A DNA stretch of 55,673 nucleotides, filler included, from Bipalium vagum (lineage: Eukaryota): NCBI GenBank assembly GCA_037834085.1. It is 3 parts of 3 records of this genome, joined end to end, with 100 filler letters (N's around TTAATTAATTAA, not from the genome) between each part and the next. Parts side by side here need not be neighbours in the genome. Positions count along the whole stretch, not along the records: positions 15,919 to 32,941 come from JBBMKC010082134.1; positions 33,042 to 55,673 come from JBBMKC010218687.1; 1 more part is not named here. One strand, given 5' to 3'. The first letter of the stretch is position 1. Each line of letters starts with the position of its first letter. The notes under the pieces were generated by a model. It was not told the DNA's origin, did not search any database, and saw only the letters and a list, made by a program, of their open reading frames with translations. Shown in pieces: positions 24,817 through 55,673 of this stretch. The position numbers were made by a program, and so were the translations under genes.

Positions 24817-25185
24817 ATGGAATAAATAAGACTACAATTTTTTATTTAATAGATATTGCTAAAGATTTAGAATTACCTTTAAAAGTTTTAATAAAAGATA
24901 ACATTACAGAAAAAAAATAAAATCTGAATATCCTTTAATTATTAATTATCAAAATTCAAATCAAAAAAGGAGTTTATTGGAAAAGGTATTCTTTAATAAA
25001 ATATTTTGATTCATATGGAATTCCGCCAATAAAAGAATTAGAAAACTATGTTGAAAATTATAATAAAATTGATTTTTACAGTAATACAGATTTAGAATAT
25101 TGTGGACAATTAACTTTATTTGTTTTATAGAAACTTTATAATGAATCATCATTCAAAATGATTTTAGATAAAATCGAAAATATTT
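24817..25185 (+). pseudogene. Polinton adenain-like cysteine protease, degraded
   Basis: LIINYQNSNQK-GVYW (catalytic His appears mutated), KYFDSYGIPP, YNKIDF, EYCGQLTLFVL. Confidence 0.8.
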
Positions 25186-25205
25186 ATAAAAATATTATTT
25201 AAAAA

Positions 25206-25421
25206 ATGAGTGTTGATGTTTTTCCTAAATCTCCTTATCATTATGATTATGAAGAAAATGATAGTAATATGAAAATAGTAATCGATCATATAAAAGACGA
25301 ATCTGAATCAAAATTGTTAAATGTTTTAGGAGATTCAATGAAAAGTTTTTTGAATATGAATAATAATATAATAAGTAAGAAATTTAACAGAAGGAACAAC
25401 TCACACTTTACAATTATATAA
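25206..25421 (+). pseudogene. Polinton-associated fibre-like ORF N-terminus
   Basis: MSVDVF start and GDSMKSFLNMNNNII (GD.M.G.L.M..N.I-type fibre repeat), directly after adenain. Confidence 0.5.
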
Positions 25422-25986
25422 TACCCTAAATAAATCCATTTATATTTTTATAGCTTTTATAGAATCTGAATTTGATTTTATAAAAAATAATAGTTTGTTT
25501 ATTTAAGATAAAATAAAATCTTTAAGAATTCAAATTAATAATTCTTATTATCTTTTAATTACAATTCAATGTGAAAAATGAAAAAATAATCGAACTTATT
25601 CGAATTATGTAATATGTATAAAAGCTTGCAAATATTTTAAAAATAATCCTCAATTAGGTTTATTAGAATTTCAAAATTTATATTCTATATTTTGTTTTTA
25701 AAGATCAAGCAGAGAATTTATGTATTATTGGAGCAGTTGTAACTTTACATATTTGAAAAGATAAAAATTTTAAATGAAAATTAAATGTTGTTTTATTACA
25801 AGAACAATTTATGGAAATAAAATTAAATGGAAGAAAAATGTTTAATGTCGAGATAAGGTCTTGCAGCTGAAGCTGACATTGAAACTAAAAGTTAAGAGAG
25901 TTTAAGTAAAATATTTTTATATTTTTAATTTATAAAATTTTATTTTTGTGATATCACATTTTTATTTTTAAAACAGAAAATCAAAA

Positions 25987-26290
25987 ATGCAAAATACGTC
26001 TTTGTTTTATTATTGTAATGTCTGTAATGTTTCTTTTAAAAATTCTAAAGGTTTTAGAAGTCATTTTAAAACGAATAAAAACATTTAGAATGTGTAAATC
26101 GGAACTTTGCTCTTGGAAGCTTTACTTCTCAAAATCAATTTGAAAACAATTTTTCTTTATATCAAAAAATAAATAATAATATACTTAATACAGAAAAAAA
26201 TTTTCATTGTGAAATTTGTAATTCTTCTCCTACAAAGCAACAATATTTAAATCAACATTTAAAAAGCAAACTACATTTAAAAAATGAAGA
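25987..26290 (+). pseudogene. Tandem C2H2 (matrin/U1-like) zinc fingers, probable N-terminus of a Polinton polymerase-type ORF
   Basis: FYYCNVCNVSFKNSKGFRSHFKT and FHCEICNSSPTKQQYLNQHLKSKLH. Confidence 0.55.
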
Positions 26291-28194
26291 AAAAAATAAA
26301 GAAAAACAAAGAAATTTACAAAATCTAAATTTTACGCAAAATCAAAATTTTCAAAATTACTTTGAAAATAATAACTTAGAAAAATTAATTTATTTTAAAA
26401 TGGAGAATTATTAAGATTTAAAAGAATTTATACCGATAAAGAAACAAGAATTTTAAAAATTCCAATTGATATGTTTAAAGTATTTGAAGAACTAACTAAA
26501 TATTAGTTTAAAAATATTTACTTTTTAAAATCTCAAATGCATTTAACTTGTACATTTTTAGATCCGCAAGAAATATTTTAAAAATATAATGCTGTTAATC
26601 ATCCTAAAATTGTAAAAAACAAGAACATATTATAAAATTAGAACTTAATACTTTTTTATGTAATTTATCATTTAAGTTAATAGCATTTTCTAAATTACTA
26701 TTTATTGTTTTTAAATCGATATCCATTTTTAGTTTACTTTTAAACATCTGTTATCTATTATTGAATCATTTTTATTCTATTATTTAATCTTTTTATTAAT
26801 TTTTCATTTCATAGTTTTTTTCTTTCATCTTTATTAAATTCAAATTTTCTTGAACATTTATCTCTTACTTCTTGATTAATTTTTTTTATTTCCGATTTTT
26901 TTGATACTCATTTATTCCTAAATCTTTTAAATCAATTTCATCTTGCATATCTTTCATTTCTTCTGATATAATTATCATAGTTTTATGAAACACTACATTA
27001 TTAATTATATAATCCTGTAATATTTTATTTTTTGTAAGATAATTTTTTTACAACTAAATCAATTTTATCTTTTATTCTAGTTAAAACTTTTTTATTTTGT
27101 TTACACTATTCATTTTTTCTTCCATTTTATTTAAAAATAAAAATAAAATATTTAAAGAAATTTTTCATCCACTTTTTTTTCAATATCATTCTTTATAATG
27201 AATCTATTGTGATTTCTAGTCCATTTGATATTTTGAAATTTTCTTAAATATTAAATTTTTCTCATATCTGATAATTTTGTTAATTTTGATTATTTTGTGA
27301 ATATTGATATTTTTGAAAATTTTGTAATTATGGCGAATGTTTTAAATTTTGAGAATTTTGTGAAAACTGAAAATTTTGATTTTTGAAATTTTAACACTTA
27401 AATGAATTTTTAGTCCATTTTCACTTACAAATTTTGTTACAGGAATTACAAGATTTTTATCTTCTTTTTTATGAACTTTATTTAATTTTTTCATCGGAAA
27501 AATATTTAGATTTCGATTTAGAGTTGAAACAGAAGCTCCAATTTTCTTAGCAATTTTATCTTGTATTAAAGTTGTATTAGAAGATTTTGCCTTTGTAAAT
27601 CATATAAAATTTTTAATTTTGAAAATCTTCTAAAAGTTATCAGGATGAAAAACTTGAACGTTTTTATAATAATTTTGAAAAGACATTTTTTCAAGAATTT
27701 CTTTTAAAGAAAAAATTTGAAAATTTGGAAATATTAAAAAATAGAAGTGAGCAATTTTGGACGAATATGAGAAATTTTCAAAAATAAACCAACCAATAAA
27801 AGCTCAAATTAAATACACTTTTACAAAAATCGATTCTCTTGTTTAAGAGAAATTATAATAAGTGAATGTTTTTTAAAATTTGTTATTCTTGCTAATCATA
27901 ATCCAAGTCTATTTCTAATATTTTCAATTAATACACAAATTAATGTACTAAATTTCTAATTGAATTAATTTTTTTACCATTCAATTAATTGTAATTTATG
28001 ATTTTTATTAAAAAGCTAAAAGAAATTGTAAAAAAATTACAAAAGAAATCAGAAATGTTATGAAAATTAATTTTATGGTATTTAAATTGTCAACAAATAT
28101 TTGTTTGACTAATCTATTTATATATTTAATAATATTTACATTTAAATGAGTAACCAAATTTTTGTCAAAATGGTTTGAACGAAATTTACTCAAA

Positions 28195-29330
28195 GGTGAA
28201 ATCATTTTGATGGGACTTCCAACTGATGCAATAGTTCATCTACCTTCTCTCCGTAATTGCGTTTATCTGCCTGAAGTCCAAGTATAATCTGATATCTACT
28301 TTATCCTTCTTCCATATAAACATCAATGGCATAATTCAAGGTGAATGACATTTCCTTATTATGCCGTTCTCATGTAAATTTTGAACAGCTTCCTTTTTTT
28401 CAGTTTACAGATTCATCGACTCTCTAAAAGGTTTGATATTAATTAGTTTACCTTCGGTTAATATGTCATGTTTCTTCAGATAATTGCAGCCAATGTCCCA
28501 TTTATCGGCCATAAATGCATCTTCGAACTCATGTATAATTTTCCCACAGGCTGAATCTTCCTTGATCCCAAATATCTTCAGAGCTCTTTGTTTTCTCTCG
28601 TCTGCCTTTATCGTCCTACCAAATCTTGCTTTAACACCGCACAGATGTTCTCGGTCATAATCTCCCTCATAATGAATTACTTTTCTGCTTTGACTTTGTT
28701 TGAAATATTTCTATAACTTAATACCTTCGATGATATCTGGTATATTTATTTCACCACAATAAATTTGACTTTTGCTCACCTTTTGTTAATTTGCCCTTCA
28801 TTCTCAAGATTACACATTGTTTCTTGTCTGGTATACTTAGCGCATCGCAAATTGTTATCAGATCTCTATAATCTCGTTCTTCTCAACTGTATTACAAGCC
28901 TCCAGCTCATCACGTTGAATTGAGCCTCAGTGTCCAATAAATAATCAAACGTCTGTCCCTGATATGATATTTTAACGCTAAGCCTTCCTTGCATCTTCTC
29001 ATAGTCTATTATATCGTTTTACATCTTATCATATTTTGTTACGTTTTCAAACTTTTTTCTATCTATATACTCCTTTAGAAAACGATATACTTTCCGTGTC
29101 ACGTTCTCCATTTTCCATCTCTCAGTCTCTCGGAATATCTGTTTAATTGATGGCTCCCATTATATCCCCGTCTAGCGGAGACATAGAATTTGGGTAGCTG
29201 TTGTTGTCATCTTCTTCCATTGGATCATCTGTTTCCATTCCATTTATCCTGGAGATCCGTGACTAATAAATAGCTACTCTTTCAACATTTATCAACGGTA
29301 GATATCAACCATAAACGGTACACATAAGCG
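28195..29330 (-). mobile_element. gypsy LTR-retrotransposon fragment (gag end, aspartic protease, RT start)
   Basis: Minus: FDYLLDTEAQFNVMS (LDTGA motif), FMADKWDIG..KHDILTEG, WKKDKVDIRLYLDFRQINAITER..VDELL. No LTR pair identified. Confidence 0.8.
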
Positions 29331-31879
29331 CATAAACGAAACTCTCAATGAAAAAAAATATTTCGTTTGAATTATTAATAGGAATCCTCAATAATATACT
29401 TTGTTATAATTATAAAGAGTGATTCGAACAATTATTTATTTTGAATTTTTTAAAATAAGGACCTCGTGCCTAGATTATTAATTATTAAATGTTTTTAATT
29501 TAAAGTTTTAAAAAATTATTATGTTACGCAATATAAATTTTTAAATAAATGTTGGTTAATTTTAAAAAAAGTAAATCCTTTTAATAAAAGATGAGGTCCA
29601 AGTTTGAAAAGTTTGTTCGATTAATCTGATTTAATGAAATATATTATTATTGTTTCGACTCTGAATTCTTATTTGCAAAAGACTACTCAAGAATAAAACT
29701 ATAATAATAAAATTAATTTTTTTGCAAAGATATTAACCAAATCACAAAGGAGAATATTAATAAATCCTTGTAAAAAAATAGTTAAATTGTTAAATAAAAA
29801 ATATTTCATTATAAATCGATAAATATAATTATATAATCGTAACAAAATGTAATGCAAGAATATTTTAATAATATTATAAAAAATAAAATTGATTAGAAAT
29901 GTTACTAGAGAAACTTTGAAGTTTCAAATTTTCAATCAAAATTCTTAAGTTAATTACTCGCGTCTCTTTTGTCAATATTTGGAGTATACCTTCCAGATAC
30001 ACGTTTTATTCTGAGTCCTTTATTTGATTATATATGATTTTTTACGATAAATATCCATAATAGATAGTTAAAAATCGGTATATATACATCACAACTTGCG
30101 TTATGAGAATAATAGACAAGAATCTTTAGTTTCTTTAGAGGGCTTCTCTAGGTTTCCATTAGTCAAGAAAAATATTTTTTTAATTAATATCATTGGACGT
30201 TAAATTAAAAATAAAATAAATAATAAAATAAAAAAGTAATATTTAAAATTATTATATAAAAAATAATTATTTTAATTAAGAAAACATTTTTTTTAATTGA
30301 TACTTTTTTCAATATTTTTTTTAATTTATCTTTCCAATTGTAAAAAGTAATTTTAAATATTATTCTCCAAAAACTATTATCGTCATATAAATTGATATTC
30401 TGGATGAGGTCAGGAAACGCACCATGACAATCAATTAATGAAAGTTGTTTCCGTTATTCAAAATATAATACAATAAGCTTTACTCATAAAAATTAAAAGA
30501 AATAATATATAATTTTCATCATTATTTAATTAAAAAATAATTTATTTCTCATTTGACCAGCACAGCTGATTAAATAATAGAGTGGCCTGATTTATAATGT
30601 AGATCAAAAATTATTATATTCTTTTCTAACTGAATATTAATATTATATTATTAAAATTTTTATTAATTTTAAGATTTATAAAAATTTAGATAATTGAGTG
30701 GTCTAATTTATAATGTAATAATAATTAAAATAATAGTCCAGAAATTATAATTTCATTTTTTACTGAATTTATTATTTTTATTTTTATTATAAAAGACTTA
30801 TTAAAATTTACAAAGTATTTTGAAAAAATTAAATGGTAAAGAAATTATTATTAAATAAAAACTTCTGAATGCTGAAAATTTAAACCTAATAATTTATATG
30901 GGACCAAATTTTATTTTTTCAAAATAAAAAAAAAATTGAATTTTTCTTTTCGTTTAAAAAATCTATATTCCATTTTAAAATTATTTCAAATAAATTATTT
31001 ATTTATTTTATTTTAATAATTAAGAATATTAATTATTGTTTATTGATCTATATTGAATCGATTTTTTCTGAAATTTTAAATGTGGGATTGGAGACTAAGT
31101 CCTGTCGGCAAAACATTAATTAGATAAATTATTATATACAGTCCATTTCATAAATAAAAGTTTAAATTTCACAATAGTATTGCACTTGTTCGCATTCCCA
31201 ATAAGGTAGAATAAATGGCTTCTCTTTCTAGAATGTTTATTACTGAAAGAAAAATATTTTATTTCTTTTGAAGCGCTTGACTTTAAATTTCACTGCTTTC
31301 ATTTTCATACTCATCTGTGAAATAGAAAGATTTAAGGATAGATTTTCTTTAAATCTGTTTTTAGCAAGGGAATTATCAGTCTCCATAATTTCACCTATTT
31401 CAGAATGTTAGGCAACTACGGTAAATGTTTTCCTTCCTACTTTTATATAAAGATTTTCATATACATATATATATATATCTTTCTCATGTTCACAATCTTC
31501 AATTTTTCTTGTAACTGTGTTAAGTACATTTGTAGTTTTTTCTTTGATGTGATTTTGTATAAATGTTTCATTTGTTCAAAAAGGTTTTTGTCCACATAAA
31601 ATCTTTTCTTTCTATCATTACACATAACTGCTTCTATTTCATCTATAATTGAAAAACAAACCATTATTAAAACAACGAGCTTTTATTTATGAAATGATCT
31701 ATAATATCACAAAACTTTATGTAAGTTAAATAATGCCATAAGTTCTGTCAAGATATAAGTATAATTTCATTGGAATGTAATCAGATTAGTTAGTAAATAA
31801 GAAATCAATTGTTTTGCTTTGATTTTTATTGTAATAATAAAATTAATCAAAGAAAATTCGGTTAAATTGATTTTTTGGA

Positions 31880-32100
31880 AAGACATTGTGCATTCTGTTG
31901 AAATTATGTAGTTAAGATGGTTAATGAACGAACATGCAGAAGAAGGGCAGTAAGGTTTAAATAGGAATATTCACTTCAAGATACATCTCGTGAGTAAGGT
32001 TCATCGATTGATTTGAATGATAACAAACAAAATGCTCCAAATGAAGATCTACTTACAACAATTAGGAAAATTGCCGAAGGAAATGTGTTCTGTCAAATGA
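31880..32100 (+). mobile_element. mariner N-terminal HTH fragment
   Basis: VNERTCRRRAVRFK*EYSLQDTSR..EDLLTTIRKIAE. Confidence 0.5.
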
Positions 32101-32871
32101 CAGTACGGGTAAGAGTGGCGACGACTGTTTTGAGAAGAATCCACACAATGATTTAATGTAACCATTTGCAACATTATTTACGTTACATAAAGTTTTCTGA
32201 TGTTGTGTAATATTTTATCTAATAAAAGGTTTGCGGGCAGAACTTAGTTTCCATTCCAATGTTTATAAATTATCAGTTTCCTGGAAGAAATGTTAAAAGG
32301 TAATGGAATTACCACGCAAAGTTCCATTTCACATAATTTTGAAAAATTAAAGGTAAAATAAATTGAATTTATAAATCTGTAAATTAACATATAAATAGTT
32401 AGAATGTGATCTGACAGGTTTCTATCAAAGACTTTATTATTAGAGGTATACTGGGAAAAATACGTGAATTTGTATTTTGAATTAAAATTTATTGTATCAT
32501 AGCAACCCATAATTCTGATAAATTAAAACAAAATATGTAATATATAAAAATTTTAGAGAACATTATTTGGTTAGCGAAAAAAATGATAAAGCAATAAAAA
32601 ATTTGTAAAAGAATTTAATGATACTTTATCTTATCAAAATATATTTTTGCCTTAATTGATTAAATATAAAAAAATCGATTTTATTAAAATTCTCCAAGTA
32701 AACAATAGGCAATTAATACTGACAGTATTCCTAACCTTGTTATTTCCATCTCTGATGTCCATCAATTTTGACAACTAATCGACAATTAGGAACACTGGAC
32801 TATTACCAATGATATAAAAAAATGTTATATTTATTTTTAATAGAAAGTCATTGATAGCAAATGGAATGATA

Positions 32872-32941
<70 letters not shown>
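32872..32941. repeat. (AAT)n microsatellite at contig end
   Basis: Perfect AAT run. Related runs at 1-22, ~15806-15818, ~40098-40136, ~52793-52822 and ~55605-55673. Confidence 0.97.
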
Positions 32942-33041
32942 NNNNNNNNNNNNNNNNNNNNNNNNNNNNNNNNNNNNNNNNNNNNTTAATTAATTAANNN
33001 NNNNNNNNNNNNNNNNNNNNNNNNNNNNNNNNNNNNNNNNN
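32942..33041. other. Artificial scaffold gap spacer N44-TTAATTAATTAA-N44
   Basis: Identical to 15819-15918. Confidence 0.97.
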
Positions 33042-33179
33042 AGTTGGAAAATGTTGTTGATAATCACAAACAAAGGTATAAAGTGTTGTGTGGTAATCAC
33101 AAAGGTATAAGCACAAAAAGTTTATCAATAAGTTCACGAATTGGGTGCTGATTGTGTTTTTGGAGTCTTGTTTGGTCGT

Positions 33180-33799
33180 AGTCTCCACAGTTCAATATTA
33201 AATATCTCGAATTTAGCCTGACTCTGGATTTATTAGGAGGTGCATTTCACAAAAATCAGTAAGTCAATGACTTGTATTTATATCACAAAGGTACTCGCAA
33301 GATAACAATGCAGAATGGACAATAACCACGCTTTATCAAATAATCAAAAAGTACCAGATAACAATGATACTGATCATCAAATCATCAGCTAGGAATGCTT
33401 TTGTTAGACTTATAGTAAGATTCTCATTGTTCTTTGGCAAGAATTGCTGTTTGAAAAGTTTCTTTGAACTTGTTTGGCTATTATTTTGCTGAAATTTTAA
33501 AGGTTTAATTTTTGCTCGATGCTTATCAACAAAAATTTTTTTATGACATGTGATGTCTATATTGCAGCACAAACAATAAATTTAACCTTCAGGTGAAATT
33601 GAAAATTCTTCCGGATATTTTTTGTAATTTCTTGATTCATTAATGAGTTATTATAGATTTTGCAATATTCGGCATTTTAAATATTTAATTATTATTAAAA
33701 TATTGCTTTATTATTAAAATAATATTACTTTGATTGCCTTTATTAACTTTAAAAATGTTTTTTGACTTTATCGACTTTATTGACTTTTTTGTGGCTCTA
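33180..33799 (-). mobile_element. hAT element 5' fragment (CGGBP1-like zinc-finger transposase)
   Basis: Terminus TAGAGCCAC with AAAGTC-type subterminal repeats. MPNIAKS..YPEEFSISPEG*IYCLCCNIDITCHKKIFVDKHR..ISLTKAFLAD. Confidence 0.6.
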
Positions 33800-35777
33800 G
33801 TAATAACCAAATGATAAAAAGCAAAAATACAATATCAATTAATCAATACTTTACTATTAAGTTAATAAATAAAAGAAATAAAATGTTAAAAAGCAGATAA
33901 TAAAAGAAAAATACCTCAAGAGATAACTCCCTTCAAAATCCGCGAACTATCAGCTGAGTCCTTGTGGTTGCTCAAAGATAGCTCTCTGATGAGGAACCCA
34001 AACACAATACCCAGGAAATTTTCATAGTCTACTTGTGGAATTATAGATGTATTATTCACTAATAATTATTGTTGTCTTCTTTTCTGATTAACAATGATAA
34101 ATCCTTCTCTTTATATACTAGTTTGTTATGATTCCTGCATATAAGGATTGCACTTGAATTATCTTGATATTTATTAAAATTGTTTTTATAACTATTTAAA
34201 TTTCCATAAATTACTATTAGCAATCCTTAGTAACTATAGTAACCTTTTTTATGGGTAATTTTTAATTTGGATTTGCTCTTAGTATTTTTACTATTATTTA
34301 TTTTTATTATCATAACAGTTATTAATTATTTTTATTATTATATGGGGCTGGTAAGTTAAAGAAATTTGTCCAAAATAAATTTTAGGAAGGTTGTTATTTC
34401 GAATTTAGAAAAGTTGTTATTTTGCCAGAAATATGTGAGAGGAGGATTTGTATTTTACGAAAACTTTTTATTTGGTGAGACGATTTGAATATTTAGAAGT
34501 AAGAGTTCGTACATTATCTTACCGATTATCAATCCTCATTGATATATTTTTACCGACATCGATTCCATTATTTTATTCTATTGATTCTCCTTGATATAAT
34601 TATTTGAAATTTTATCATTGATTCATTTTAGGTATATCTATCAATTTTGGCAGTGGTTACGAATAACAGTTGATCTATTTATCTTTTTTTTTGTTATCTT
34701 TGTGATTGTTAATAAATTTTTATTGTTCAACTGATTATTTTTCTTTCATTAACACAAACTTTTAGTGAAGCGAAAGATATTAAAGAAACTAAGTTTAAAT
34801 TCATACTACTCGTTTAGTTGACAAAAATAAAAAATGAAATTGCACTTTAAAGCACTGTAATTAATCGGATTTTTTTACCCGTAAATAATCAGTAATTTTC
34901 TGATACTGTTCTCTTTTTAAACTATGTGGTAGTTGGTCAAGGTTAAGAATCATATTTCAAGATAATGTCTAAAAAAACAGAGAAATTATAGTGCGAACAA
35001 AATAGTAAAAAAACGATTGACTGATCGAAATTTGATCTTCAGTATTATTTTATAAATCTTTAAATAAGAGCATTCTTAAACAACTCATTTTAATAATTAT
35101 AAAAATAAGATAAATTAACAAGAAAAAATTTTTTTCAATCATAGATCGTTACAAATTATTCTAACATATTGTATGATATTAAATTCCTAAAATTAATGAA
35201 CTTATTTTACATTTATTGTTTATTTATATCAAATGTCATTATTTTTCTAAAGAAATGTTTTTTAAATTATTCACAAAAATGTGATATTAAAAAAAATTTT
35301 CTATTTAAAAACCCATTGCGATTAATGTATAAAAGTAAAAAATGTTACTAATAGTTTCGATTTTCTCATCACAATAAAATAAGCACCTTTGGGCAAAATA
35401 AAACTTAGTACTTATAAATTTGTCACATTAAAAATGATTTATTAAGTAAAATATCCGAAAAAAGATTTCACCAATTAAATCAATCTGAGTTCAATATTAT
35501 TTATAATAATGGTAATATATATATAAATGAATAAATTGAGAAAAATCAGAACAGTATTTACATAGGCTGTCACAAAATTGTAATATTCGAAAACAATAAA
35601 AATGAACAATAGAAATAATAAAATGATAAGAGAATTATAATTCGATTTTTGAGATAGAATTCAATCAGATCATTGAGAATTAAAATCACAGTTTTTTAAT
35701 ATCGACATCGAATATGAATTAGATCACAATTAGTATCATCATTATCATTATTATCTCAGTTTCATTGAGCTTAATTC

Positions 35778-54447
<18,670 letters not shown>

Positions 54448-55602
54448 CTAATTAAAAAAAATATTTATATAAAACTGATTTTAATATTTAAACAGAAATT
54501 CATCTATAAATAAACTAAAAACATTTTTACACAGTTGACTTGGAAAAAATCCTCTCTATCATTGACATGTGAACAATTATTATTTTTATTCATTTAATAT
54601 TATCAGTTAATTAAAAATATAATTTTAATTTAAAATACAAAAACGAATATTTTTATTTTCCATTAAAATAATTTAATTTTCCGTAGAGATTTATTTGAAG
54701 AAAAATTTTCCAACAATCAATTCGATAAATTTGTGATTATATGGATTATTGGGAAAATGCAAAGATGATTTTATTTGTGGACATTTACTTCAATAATGAC
54801 AATTTTTATGTATCTTATTGTACAGATGATGAAAATAAAAGTCTTGTGTTAAAGATTGAGTTTAAGAATGAAAATTAACTATATCTATTTTCTGTAACAT
54901 ATAGACATGTTGTTGGACTGTGTTAATCGATATTAATTTAATATATATTATTGATAACTGACATTATTTTTTGTCATCTTTCACAACATTTAATTATATT
55001 AATGATATTATAGAGAAATCTATTTTAGACTCAAATCTATACTTAACTTTTACTTTTATTTCCCATTCATAATTGATACAAAAATTTTTAGGGGTACATA
55101 AAAATTTTATAATTAAAAATCCTTTTCTAAATATAAATTTTTATAAAAGTTATATTTTTATTAAATTAAATAAAAAGAATATTTAATGTTTGTTTATTTA
55201 CAAAAATTGAATTTTAATTACTCCGAAACGAAATAATTGGTTAAAATATTTATCTTAATTTTATTATTTTTTATATATTAAATTTTTGAAATTTTATCTT
55301 TTTCTTTCATTATTAATTGAATTAGTTCTTTAAAAATATTTAACGGGTTTTTATTTAACATTATATCATTTCCTGTCCAAGCAGTTTTATTTATTATAAT
55401 ATTCACATAAGTAATTTCATTTTCTTTAAAAAGATGAGGGAAAAATTCAATATCAGGTTTCCACAAATTGAACTAATTCACTTTAATACAGTAACCATTT
55501 CTAAATGAATTAAAATAATTAACTTTTATTGCTTTTTCTATTTTATGATATATAAAAATAATTATTTATTCTTTTGTTACTTATTATTTACGCTTATAAC
55601 TA

Positions 55603-55604
<2 letters not shown>

Positions 55605-55673
<69 letters not shown>
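55605..55673. repeat. (ATT)n microsatellite at window end
   Basis: Perfect ATT run to the last base. Confidence 0.97.

Larger units (their letters stand above)
22428..27900 (+). mobile_element. Degraded Maverick/Polinton (adintovirus-like) element
   Basis: Co-located remnants of c-integrase, pX-like peptide, adenain protease, fibre-like ORF and zinc fingers. Possible AGTAAT terminus at 22428; boundaries uncertain. Confidence 0.8.

Noticed and set aside
24553-24825. ORF MQVCVLQVCVLQ...
   Set aside because: Wrong frame of the Polinton pX-like remnant; the repeat comes from the 15-bp duplication.
31160-31680. Possible piggyBac C-terminal remnant (HLYKITSKKKL, GKHLP, QYYCEI)
   Set aside because: Too degraded to support without an alignment.

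Overview
Very AT-rich, intron-rich animal genomic DNA (planarian-like flatworm is a guess, not shown). It consists of three contigs (1-15818, 15919-32941, 33042-55673) joined by artificial 100-bp spacers (N44-TTAATTAATTAA-N44). Two host genes can be spliced by hand with GT-AG introns in consistent phase. On + is a Mad/Mxd-family bHLH-ZIP repressor largely missed by the ORF track (4 exons, 1592-11739, including a 30-nt basic-region micro-exon). On - is a 5'-partial p90 RSK dual-kinase gene (11 exons, 54447-35778). Almost everything else is decayed mobile DNA: many Tc1/mariner-superfamily copies (mariner, rosa-like, maT-like, pogo, Tc1), piggyBac, two hAT types, a gypsy pol fragment, a Maverick/Polinton remnant (integrase, pX-like peptide, adenain, fibre-like ORF, zinc fingers), and a NeSL/Utopia/R2-type non-LTR element whose very long N-terminus appears to contain 4-5 divergent ~70-aa repeats. 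All family assignments come from recalled motifs, not database searches.
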